Shown here piece after piece: positions 40,567 through 49,314 of a stretch of DNA of 64,000 nucleotides (position 1 is the stretch's first letter; each line of letters begins with the position of its first letter). A program made the translations under genes and the position numbers. The stretch is from Hyphomicrobiales bacterium (GTDB lineage Bacteria > Pseudomonadota > Alphaproteobacteria > JAPOUT01), in assembly GCA_026708545.1 (NCBI GenBank), contig JAPOUT010000109.1, positions 70,609 to 134,608 of the forward strand. The letters run 5' to 3'. A model generated the notes under the pieces. The model ran no database searches and was not told the origin of the DNA. It saw nothing but the letters and a program-made list of their open reading frames with translations.

Positions 40567-41787
40567 ATGCCAGATATTGCGACACCGTCAACGCCTGCGA
40601 TACCTCTTCCTTTTTCCGTGGGGGAGTATGCCAAACGCCTCGACAAGGTCCGCAAGGCTATGGAGCGGACGGATATTGATGTCTTGTTTACAACTGACCC
40701 GTCGAACATGGCGTGGCTGACAGGATATGACGGGTGGTCGTTTTATGTTCCCCAAGGCGTTTTGGTTGGAACGGATGGACTGCCTTTGTGGTGGGGGCGC
40801 TGGCAGGATCAATATGGAGCCGTTCGCACCGTGTATATGGGGGAGTCGTACATTCGCCCCTACCCCGACCACTACATTCAGTCGGAAAGCTTTCATGCAA
40901 TGGAGAACCTTGCCAAGGTAATTCGGGATGAAGGCTGGGGCTCCAAGCGCATCGGCGTTGAGATGGACAATTATTACTACTCTGCCAAATCGCACGAGCG
41001 TTTGACGGAAGAGTTATATGAAGCGACCTTCATTGATGCAACGGGATTGGTGAATCGGGAACGGGGAGTTAAATCGTTGGCAGAACTGGCGTATATGGAG
41101 AAGGCGGCGGTGATTGTGACATCAATGATGACTCGTGCGTATGAGGTGATCGGCCCTGGTGTCCGCAAGAATGATTTAGTCGCGGAGTTATATTCGGTTG
41201 CGATAAGGGGTGAGCGCGATGGTAACGGCACGCGGTTTGGTGGCGATTACCCCGCAATAGTTCCGATGTTGCCGACGGGCGCGGATGCGTCTGCGGCACA
41301 CTTAACGTGGGATGATCGTGTATTCACAAAAGATGCCGGGACTTTCCTGGAAATTGCCGGCTGTGTAAAACGCTATCACTGCCCAATGTGCCGGACGGTT
41401 TATCTGGGAATTCCGCCGGATGACATGCGCAAGGCTGCAAACGCGTTGCTCGAAGGTCTCGAAGCAGGGCTGGAGGCTGCCACGGCGGGCAATGTTGCCG
41501 GCGATGTGGCAAGAGCATTGCATGGAGCGTTAAGACGCCACGGAGTGGAGCGCGAGGGGCGTTGCGGGTATGGCGTAGGCCTGAGCTACCCGCCGGACTG
41601 GGGAGAGCGGGTTATTAGCTTCCGTGAGAGTGACGAAACGGTTTTAGAACCAAACATGACGTTTCATTTTATGCCGGGGATTTGGCGTCGTGATTGGGGG
41701 CTCGAGATTACCGAGACAATCGTCATACAAAAATCGGGAGCGGCGCGTTGCTTGACGAAATTTCCGCGTTCCTTGCTTGTGAAGTGA
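40567..41787 (+). CDS. doeA: Ectoine hydrolase DoeA/EutD (M24 fold)
   Basis: DPSNMAWLTGYDGWSFYV, GDYPAIVP, HLTWDD, RYHCP, SYPPDWGER and TFHFMPG.W. Confidence 0.93.
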   Translation: MPDIATPSTPAIPLPFSVGEYAKRLDKVRKAMERTDIDVLFTTDPSNMAWLTGYDGWSFYVPQGVLVGTDGLPLWWGRWQDQYGAVRTVYMGESYIRPYPDHYIQSESFHAMENLAKVIRDEGWGSKRIGVEMDNYYYSAKSHERLTEELYEATFIDATGLVNRERGVKSLAELAYMEKAAVIVTSMMTRAYEVIGPGVRKNDLVAELYSVAIRGERDGNGTRFGGDYPAIVPMLPTGADASAAHLTWDDRVFTKDAGTFLEIAGCVKRYHCPMCRTVYLGIPPDDMRKAANALLEGLEAGLEAATAGNVAGDVARALHGALRRHGVEREGRCGYGVGLSYPPDWGERVISFRESDETVLEPNMTFHFMPGIWRRDWGLEITETIVIQKSGAARCLTKFPRSLLVK

Positions 41788-41834
41788 AACAGGATTGAGG
41801 TTCCCAAGACGGGAAACACCAAGTTTCAAAATCC

Positions 41835-41863
41835 TTGACGAGTCCGGCAAAACTCTTTATCCT
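41835..41863 (+). promoter_or_regulatory. Sigma70-like promoter for citrate synthase
   Basis: TTGACG-N17-TATCCT; AAGGA RBS before ATG 41910. Confidence 0.6.
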
Positions 41864-41909
41864 GTAGTCGACACGAAAGCGCGAACCAGCGCCAAAACTA
41901 AGGAACATA

Positions 41910-43043
41910 ATGAAAAACGAAGCAAATTTTTCCCGCGGACTAGAAGGCGTCATCGCGGCTGAGACAAAAATCGGAGGCATTCGCGAAAGCGAGGGAATCT
42001 ACCACTACCGCTACTATAATGCCGTTGAACTCAACAAAAAGCGTTCTTTTGAGGACGTATGGTTTTTGATGTTCCGCGGCCACCTCCCCTCCGAAGCCGA
42101 ACGTGCCGAATTTACCGAAGGCATCTTCGATGTCACCCTTCCCGAAGAGGTCCGGGAAGTTTTGCCTATATTGGCTCGTTCCGGCGACACCTCCTATTTG
42201 AATTGGATGCGCTCGGCGATTTCCGTGCTAGGTGCCGCGTATGGGTGTCGTCCGGTTACGGATGCGTCTCCCGAAGATATGATGCGCGACGCCATGCGGA
42301 TGGTTATTGCGTTTCCGATGATACTCTCTTCGCTGTATCGGCTCTCCCAGGGGAAGGAACCCATCCCTCCGCGTCCGGATTTCTCCTATGCACAGAACTA
42401 CCTCTACATGATTTCCGGCGAGCCTGCCGAAGAGAAACAGAACCACGCTATCGAGCGCTACCTTATCTCCACCATTGATCATGGCTTTAACGCTTCGACC
42501 TTCACCGCCCGGGTGATTGCCTCAACTGGCGCGGATATTGGTGCCGCAGTGGTCGGAGCTATCGGGGCTCTATCGGGGCCGTTGCATGGAGGTGCTCCCA
42601 GCAGAGCTCTTGCCATGCTTGACGCCATTCAGACTCCCGACAGAGCCGAGGCGTGGATTACCGATGCCGTCGAGAAAGGCGAACGTATCATGGGGTTCGG
42701 TCACCGAGTCTACAAAGTCGAAGATCCGCGTTCCAAACTGCTCAAAGAAGTCGCTAAAGGGATGGAGGAGCCCATCGTTGACCTCGCTATCGAAGTCGAA
42801 GAGATTGCAACCGCCACTCTCGCGCGCTTGAAGCCCGGGCGGAAGCTCTTCACCAATGTGGAGTATTTTGGCGGTGTCGTGATGGAGGGGTGCGGGATTC
42901 CACGCGATATGTTTACGCCGACCTTTGCTTGCTCGAGAACGGTCGGATGGTTGTCGCATATCCTCGAACAGGCAGGGGACAACCGACTGTTTCGTCCGCG
43001 GTCGCTTTACAAAGGCAAGGAATTGCAACCGATTCCCGATTGA
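41910..43043 (+). CDS. Citrate/2-methylcitrate synthase, short type
   Basis: GLEGV, DHGFNASTF.AR, GPLHGGA, MGFGHRVYK.EDPR, TNVEY and RLFRP. Confidence 0.92.
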   Translation: MKNEANFSRGLEGVIAAETKIGGIRESEGIYHYRYYNAVELNKKRSFEDVWFLMFRGHLPSEAERAEFTEGIFDVTLPEEVREVLPILARSGDTSYLNWMRSAISVLGAAYGCRPVTDASPEDMMRDAMRMVIAFPMILSSLYRLSQGKEPIPPRPDFSYAQNYLYMISGEPAEEKQNHAIERYLISTIDHGFNASTFTARVIASTGADIGAAVVGAIGALSGPLHGGAPSRALAMLDAIQTPDRAEAWITDAVEKGERIMGFGHRVYKVEDPRSKLLKEVAKGMEEPIVDLAIEVEEIATATLARLKPGRKLFTNVEYFGGVVMEGCGIPRDMFTPTFACSRTVGWLSHILEQAGDNRLFRPRSLYKGKELQPIPD

Positions 43044-43089
43044 TTTGGAGCCTCACCTCTTCAAAATCGGACGCGAGGTGACGGGGTTC

Positions 43090-43809
43090 CTAGGGTTTTT
43101 CGGAAATTATCTGGCTGGAATGGTCACTCTTCGGACGTTCCGACTCCAGGGATTCACCCGTCACCATCACATGTACGTGCTCCGCGACGTTGGTCACGTG
43201 GTCGCCTATCCGCTCTAAATTCTTCGCAATAAATAATAGGTGCATCGATAGTGTGATGTTACTCGGTGTTTCCATCATGTACGTCAGCAACTCACGAAAT
43301 AGACTGTTATTCAACTGGTCAACAGCCTCATCGCGCAAGCGTATTGCCTCGGCACGCTCAACATTCGCGTCGCGGTACGCCTCCAATACCCCGTGAATCA
43401 TCTCGCCCACTATCCCTCCCATCCGTTCGATGACGCGAATACCCCCATATTCTCCCGGTAACGCCGTCACGACCTGTGAACGATTCGCTATATTACGGGC
43501 GTAGTCGCCTATGCGCTCCAGCGACCCCCCTATCTTCATCGCGGCAACAACACGACGCAAGTCCAACGCCATCGGCTGTCGTAACGCCAACACCCTCACC
43601 GCAAGCGCATCAACTTCATTTTCCAGAGCATCAATCGCGGCATCTCCCAAAACAACCTTTTGCGCTAACGCGGTATCCTCCTTCACAAGCGCCTGTATCG
43701 CATCTTCCAACTGTCTCGCCGCCAATACACCCATCTCCGCTATAATGTGGTCAATCTGGTCGAGCTCGTCATCGTAAGACTTAACGATGTGGTCTGTACG
43801 CTTCTCCAT
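43090..43809 (-). CDS. phoU: Phosphate signalling protein PhoU
   Basis: HIVKSYD.EL, RQPMA.DLR, LERIGDY and NLERIGDH.TN.AE. Confidence 0.96.
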   Translation of the reverse strand: MEKRTDHIVKSYDDELDQIDHIIAEMGVLAARQLEDAIQALVKEDTALAQKVVLGDAAIDALENEVDALAVRVLALRQPMALDLRRVVAAMKIGGSLERIGDYARNIANRSQVVTALPGEYGGIRVIERMGGIVGEMIHGVLEAYRDANVERAEAIRLRDEAVDQLNNSLFRELLTYMMETPSNITLSMHLLFIAKNLERIGDHVTNVAEHVHVMVTGESLESERPKSDHSSQIISEKP

Positions 43810-43816
43810 AACCAAC

Positions 43817-44668
43817 CTATCCAATCCGCCCGGTAATATACGCCTGTGTGCGCGAGTCCTTTGGAGTCGTAAAGATGCGCTCCGTATCACCTTCCTCTAC
43901 CAACTCGCCCAAATGAAAAAACGCCGTCTTCTGCGATATCCGAGCCGCCTGCTGCATTGAGTGCGTCACAACGACAATGCTGTATTTCTGCCGCAATTCG
44001 TCGATTAAGTCCTCCACACGCGCACTCGCGATTGGATCCAGCGCAGAACAAGGCTCATCCATCAGAATAACCTCCGGCGCTATCGCAATCGCCCGGGCAA
44101 TGCACAAACGTTGCTGCTGCCCGCCGGACAAACCCGTTGCCGATTCATGCATTCGGTCGCGAACCTCATCCAACAGACCCGCACGATCAAGACTGTTGAA
44201 CACAATTTCGTCCAAATCCGCGCGAGAGGACGCAATTCCGTGAATCCGAGGACCATAGGCAACGTTGTCGTAAACGCTCTTCGGGAAAGGGTTGGGCTTT
44301 TGAAACACCATGCCAACCCGCATCCGCAAGGTAACGACATCAACCTCGGGAGCATAGATATCCTCGCCATCAAGAAAGATATTCCCTTTAACACGGCAGT
44401 TTTCAATCAAATCGTTCATGCGATTCAGACAACGCAGAAATGTCGACTTGCCGCAACCCGACGGCCCTATCATTGCGGTGACTTGATGGCGTGGAATTTC
44501 CACGTTCACGTTCGTAAGCGCAGGTTTTTCTCCGTAGAACACATCGATATTGCGCGCCGAAATCACCGAAGAACCCGCCTCCACACAATCCTCCCCTTGC
44601 TCGGAGGAAATTTCGGAGGTTGCCGTAGCTGTCGTTGTTACCGGTATGGGATGCACCAAACTCTCCAA
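43817..44668 (-). CDS. pstB: Phosphate ABC transporter ATPase
   Basis: [31 protein letters not shown] and YITGR.G. Confidence 0.97.
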   Translation of the reverse strand: MESLVHPIPVTTTATATSEISSEQGEDCVEAGSSVISARNIDVFYGEKPALTNVNVEIPRHQVTAMIGPSGCGKSTFLRCLNRMNDLIENCRVKGNIFLDGEDIYAPEVDVVTLRMRVGMVFQKPNPFPKSVYDNVAYGPRIHGIASSRADLDEIVFNSLDRAGLLDEVRDRMHESATGLSGGQQQRLCIARAIAIAPEVILMDEPCSALDPIASARVEDLIDELRQKYSIVVVTHSMQQAARISQKTAFFHLGELVEEGDTERIFTTPKDSRTQAYITGRIG

Positions 44669-44695
44669 TCTATTTCACCTCCATCATATCATGTT

Positions 44696-45937
44696 TCACC
44701 ATTTCAATTCGAACTTTTTGCGAAGGTAAATCGCGGCTGAATTCATCACCGCAAGGAACGCCAAAAGCACCAGTATCGCCGCGGAAGTCTTTTCCACAAA
44801 ACCGCGCTCGGGACTGTCCGCCCACAAAAACACCTGGACAGGCAATGCTGTTGAAGCTGAAGTAAAACCGTCGGGAATATCCGCGACGAAGGCCACCATC
44901 CCTATCATCAAGAGCGGAGCCGTCTCGCCCAAAGCCTGCGCCATCCCGATAATTGCTCCCGTGAAGATTCCCGGCATCGCGGAAGGCAACCCTTGGTGCA
45001 AAACCGCTTGCATCGGAGTTGCCCCCAAAGCCAACGCCGCATAACGCAATGATGAGGGAACCGCCTGCAGCGCAGCCCTTGTCGCTATGATAATCGTGGG
45101 CAGAGTCATCAGTCCGAGTACGAGTCCGCCTACCAAAGGGGTTGAGCGTGGAACTCCAAACAGCCCAATAAACACCGCCAACCCCAGCAAGCCAAAAACT
45201 ATCGAAGGAACCGCTGCGAGATTGTTGATGTTCACCTCAATAAAACGAAACAACCTCCCCTTTGCTGCGAATTCCTCAAGATAAACTGCGGCCATCACAC
45301 CGACAGGAAACGAAAACAAAAAAGTCACGCACATCGTCAGCATCGAGCCAATCAACGCACCGAGAATACCGGCGACTTCGGGTTCGCGCGAATCGGCGTT
45401 CAGGAAAAAATCGCTGTTGAATACGGTCTCGACTTTCCCACCGGCCTCAATACGCTCGAGCCAACCGCGTTGCTCAGTGGAGAGGCGCTTGGAAAAACTA
45501 TCGCGTTTATCAGGATCGGTCTCGAGGAATTCGCCAGCATCACTCGAAAACGGAACAGACAATACCACAATCCCATTATCGGGAACGGGAACATCGGCAA
45601 GGCGTTCGCGCAGGAGGAACTCCGCATCTCGACTTATCAGACCATAAAGCGCGCGCCTCTGTCTTCGCTCTGTAACTTCGGGGAATTGAGCCTTCCATGA
45701 ATCCTTAATCATTGCCCCGTATCTATCACCATGATGCTCGGAGACGACAACTTCGAAGAGCATCCGTTTATGTATGAGCACTCCTGCACCATTGATGATA
45801 ATCGTTGCCAATAATACAAATAGAAACGCCAACGCAAAGCACAACGCCACAACCCCGTAGCAACGGAAGCGTTTTTCCGCAGCGTGACGGCGTCGTAGTC
45901 GCGTTCGTATACGTTGAGGCAAAACCGCGCTATTCAT
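44696..45937 (-). CDS. pstA: Phosphate ABC transporter permease PstA
   Basis: RR..AE.RF..YG, DSR.PE.AG, NINNLAAVPSIVFGLLG and ALGETAPL. Confidence 0.95.
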   Translation of the reverse strand: MNSAVLPQRIRTRLRRRHAAEKRFRCYGVVALCFALAFLFVLLATIIINGAGVLIHKRMLFEVVVSEHHGDRYGAMIKDSWKAQFPEVTERRQRRALYGLISRDAEFLLRERLADVPVPDNGIVVLSVPFSSDAGEFLETDPDKRDSFSKRLSTEQRGWLERIEAGGKVETVFNSDFFLNADSREPEVAGILGALIGSMLTMCVTFLFSFPVGVMAAVYLEEFAAKGRLFRFIEVNINNLAAVPSIVFGLLGLAVFIGLFGVPRSTPLVGGLVLGLMTLPTIIIATRAALQAVPSSLRYAALALGATPMQAVLHQGLPSAMPGIFTGAIIGMAQALGETAPLLMIGMVAFVADIPDGFTSASTALPVQVFLWADSPERGFVEKTSAAILVLLAFLAVMNSAAIYLRKKFELKW

Positions 45938-46883
45938 ATCTCTGTCTATATTTGTGAACAATTCGTAACGCCACAACGTTCAAAAGCAGCGTTATCATAA
46001 ACAAAGTTAACGCCAATGCGAATGCCGACAAGGTCTTGGTGGAGTCAAATTCATGGTCACCCACAAGCAATGAAACTATCTGCACCGTCACAGTTGTAAC
46101 CGCATCGAAGGGATTTAACGTCAAATTTGCGGCAAGCCCGGCGGCCATCACCACTATCATCGTCTCTCCTATCGCACGCGACAACGCCAATAACAAGGCC
46201 GAAGCAATTCCAGGAAGCGCTGCAGGCAACAGAGTTAACGTAATGGTTTCGGATTGAGTCGCCCCTAGCCCGTAGGAGCCCTCGCGCAAACTCAGCGGAA
46301 CTGCACGAATCACATCATCGCACAGAGACGAAACAAACGGGATAATCATCACCCCCATTACCAGCCCGGCTGCCAAAGCGCTCTCCGAGGCAATCTCAAA
46401 CTCGAAATACCTCCCCACATCACGCACAATCGGCGCAAGAGTCAAAGCTGCAAAAAAACCATAAACGACTGTAGGAATCCCCGCTAACATCTCGATCAAC
46501 GGCTTCGTTAGGTTGCGTGTCTTTGGCGCAGCGTATTCGCTCATGTAAATCGCAATCAACAAGCCTATCGGCGCGGCGATGGCAATAGCGATCGAAGTTA
46601 TCAGGAGCGTCCCGGCCAGCACCGGCACGAGTCCGAAACTCCCGGATTGTCCGACTTGGTCCGTGCGGATGGCCGTCTGCGGACTCCACTCAAGCCCGAA
46701 AAAAAATGCCACTGGCGACACCTGCTGAAAGAACCGAAGCGCCTCAAAAATTATTGAGAAAAATATTCCGAAGGTCGCGAGTACGCAGACTGAAGCACTC
46801 AAGAAAAAGAAGGCCTTGAGAGTTCCTTCTATCACACGCCGGAGGCTGACACCGCCGCGACGCAAACTCATAGTCGCTTGCAT
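45930..46883 (-). CDS. pstC: Phosphate ABC transporter permease PstC (short form)
   Basis: WSPQTAIR.DQVG.SG.FG, LAGIPTVVYGFF and SRAIGETMIV; start at 46883 or 46889. Confidence 0.95.
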   Translation of the reverse strand: MQATMSLRRGGVSLRRVIEGTLKAFFFLSASVCVLATFGIFFSIIFEALRFFQQVSPVAFFFGLEWSPQTAIRTDQVGQSGSFGLVPVLAGTLLITSIAIAIAAPIGLLIAIYMSEYAAPKTRNLTKPLIEMLAGIPTVVYGFFAALTLAPIVRDVGRYFEFEIASESALAAGLVMGVMIIPFVSSLCDDVIRAVPLSLREGSYGLGATQSETITLTLLPAALPGIASALLLALSRAIGETMIVVMAAGLAANLTLNPFDAVTTVTVQIVSLLVGDHEFDSTKTLSAFALALTLFMITLLLNVVALRIVHKYRQRYE

Positions 46884-46935
46884 ATTCATAACGGTACAAA
46901 TCCTCCGACAAATGATATTGGGTCACGCCACCTGC

Positions 46936-48006
46936 CTAGAACGACATCGGCTTGAGTGCACGAGCTTGCTTGCCCATTGCCTCGCGCTCCTCCTCGGGAA
47001 GCGGGATGAGCCCCTTGTCTACCAAGTAACCCTCTTCTCCCCAAGCGTCCTCATCGGTGAAAGCACTAACATATTCGCGCAAGCCCGGGACGATGTCTAC
47101 ATGCGCGTTCTTCACATAGAAGAACAGCGAACGCGATACGGAATAATCCCCCGAGGCGATATTCTCGAAGCTGGGCTCGACACCACCGACATAAGAGCCA
47201 TGCAAGCGGTCTTGGTTCTGGTCAAGGAAACTAAATCCGAACACGCCGAATGCTTCCGGGTTGCTCAGAAGCTTCTGCACGATGAGATTGTCGTTCTCTC
47301 CAGCATCAATCCAAGCTCCATCCTCACGAACCGTGTGACAGAGGGTTTTATAGGCGTTCTTGTCCGACTTACTCATTGCCTTGATGCTGTCGAACGACTT
47401 GCATCCGCCCTCCATGGCAATCTCCACGAAGGCATCACGCGTCCCCGATGTCGGAGGAGGCCCGAGAACCTCAATCGCAACGTTCGGCAAGGACGAATCG
47501 ATATCACTCCAGTTTTTGTAGGGATTGGCCACCAAGTTGGCACCATCCACGCCGCCCTCGGGAACCTCCTTGGCAAGCGCAAGCCAGATCTGTCGCAAGG
47601 TGACGTTTATCGTTGACGATTCTCTCGAGTTCGCCAAGACAATGCCATCGAAACCAATCTTAACCTCGGTGACCTTGTCCACGCCATTCTTGGCACAAGC
47701 TTCCACCTCCGAAGATTTGATTCGACGCGAGGCATTCGTGATGTCCGGATGGCTTTCGCCCGCTCCGGCACAGAACAACTTCAAACCCCCGCCGGAACCG
47801 GTACTCTCCACCAGTGGCGTAGGAAAGTCACTGCTCTTGCCGAAATACTCTGAAACAGCCGCCGAAAACGGAAAAACCGTCGACGAGCCGACAATATGTA
47901 TCCGCCCACGCTCGGCAAGGCTTTCACCCGCATCGAAGCCGGCCAAAACTATCAAAGCGAACCCCGAGGCGACCGCCCATTTGGTTGGAAATAGTGAATT
48001 TTTCAT
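46936..48006 (-). CDS. pstS: Phosphate-binding periplasmic protein
   Basis: IVGSSTVFPF, ESTGSGGGLKLFC, NASR, GPPPTSGTRDAF and SR.LFFY.K; AGGAGG RBS. Confidence 0.95.
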   Translation of the reverse strand: MKNSLFPTKWAVASGFALIVLAGFDAGESLAERGRIHIVGSSTVFPFSAAVSEYFGKSSDFPTPLVESTGSGGGLKLFCAGAGESHPDITNASRRIKSSEVEACAKNGVDKVTEVKIGFDGIVLANSRESSTINVTLRQIWLALAKEVPEGGVDGANLVANPYKNWSDIDSSLPNVAIEVLGPPPTSGTRDAFVEIAMEGGCKSFDSIKAMSKSDKNAYKTLCHTVREDGAWIDAGENDNLIVQKLLSNPEAFGVFGFSFLDQNQDRLHGSYVGGVEPSFENIASGDYSVSRSLFFYVKNAHVDIVPGLREYVSAFTDEDAWGEEGYLVDKGLIPLPEEEREAMGKQARALKPMSF

Positions 48007-48852
48007 CTGATATCCTCCTTGTGAAGTTGTTTGTGCGACTTGGCGCCGAATCAGCAGCCCCGAATTGGACCACTGATTCGCACGCTTACACAACTCTCTT
48101 GACGATTTTTAAGAGTGAAAAATATATTTTTTTCCTATTGCCAAATTAAATAACCGGGCTATCCTGTGCGAATCCTCTCAGCACTCCAGCCTCGAAAAGT
48201 CCGCGCTAGGCGTCGGCGGGCGTTTAGGTGTCGGCTTCTGAATTCCGAATTTCGCGTGTTGCCATCGGATAAGTTCCGATACATGGGTATTGAGTATCAA
48301 GCCTGCCACTGCATCCCAGTTGTGGCCTGCGGCCCGAAACGCTCCCCGAGTGGAGCCCGCTGAAAAGCGAGAGGCCCTCCTCTCGCCAGGTTGGTTGCAC
48401 CATTTACGAGCCTTTTTCCTGTAACTTTGCCCCTCTTTCGCATGAACTTGAAACAAGAGGCCCTGCCCAAAACGTGAAGGATACGGACCCGGATGCCTCT
48501 TATACAAACAAGGTGGACCGTGAGATCGATGCCCATTATTTCATTACGGACGGGGCGAGAACAAATAACGTAAATCACCGACAGAATCACGCAATATCAA
48601 GCAGATACCCCGCCCATATATGGCCAGAATGCCCGCGGGCGCCGAATATGCCGTATCTACCAGCGGGCGCTCATAGGCGCCGATTCGGCCGAAAAACCAA
48701 AATTGCTCAAATTCGCGCTGTCGAATTTTAAATTTGATAGCGGAAAAACAATCGAAAATTCCGTAACTCCCTTGATTTACTAGATGAAATCAACACTACC
48801 GCCATCAAGTTAGAGAGGTCAAACAGGGCATTTCAAGCAAAAAACAAGAAAT

Positions 48853-48942
48853 TGGCGGAGAGGGTGGGATTCGAACCCACGGCACGCTCACGCGCGCGGT
48901 AGTTTTCAAGACTACTGCCTTCGACCACTCGGCCACCTCTCC
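48853..48942 (-). tRNA. tRNA-Ser(TGA)
   Basis: GGAGAGGTGGCCGAGTGG...GTCTTGAAAAC, long variable arm, GTTCGAATCCCACCCTCTCCGCCA; 90 nt. Confidence 0.96.
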
Positions 48943-49074
48943 TAATCGATATTACCGGACCATCTTACAGCCTCAACGCCACTATTTCGACACCCCCGTC
49001 ACAACACCCTAGACATATCCCGTGAAAAGCGGCATATTCGGAGGCGTAATTGGAACATTTGCGTTGGAAGTACC

Positions 49075-49314
49075 ATGCTTGCTTTGTTGCGACATCCGCT
49101 TTCTTATATGCTTCTTGCCGGGGCGCTACTGTCCGGGTGCAGTGCCATCCACGGCCATCACGAAAACTATGATCAAACATGCCAGCAACAAGGCTGGAAA
49201 CCAGACACGCAACAATATGACGAATGTATCGAAAAGCTCAAACAAGAGCACTCCGACGAAGAAATGCCGGATTCCCTCCTTGACGGTGGATGGTGGATCG
49301 GCACGTGGTTCTAA
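49075..49314 (+). CDS. Small putative lipoprotein
   Basis: Hydrophobic signal with LLSGC lipobox and a D..C...G..P.T..Y..C motif. Confidence 0.72.
   Translation: MLALLRHPLSYMLLAGALLSGCSAIHGHHENYDQTCQQQGWKPDTQQYDECIEKLKQEHSDEEMPDSLLDGGWWIGTWF

Noticed and set aside
48150-48195. GCTGAGAG on the minus strand resembling a TPP riboswitch
   Set aside because: The downstream conserved CCTGA and GCG.AGGGA elements are missing, and no thiamine gene follows.
48331-48376. Hammerhead-like CGAAAC and CTGAAAAG in a three-stem fold
   Set aside because: It lacks the exact CUGANGA core and the NUH cleavage triplet in the required order.
49022-49216. Very long N-terminal extension of HisS
   Set aside because: It overlaps a better-supported lipoprotein ORF and shows no HisS-like sequence.
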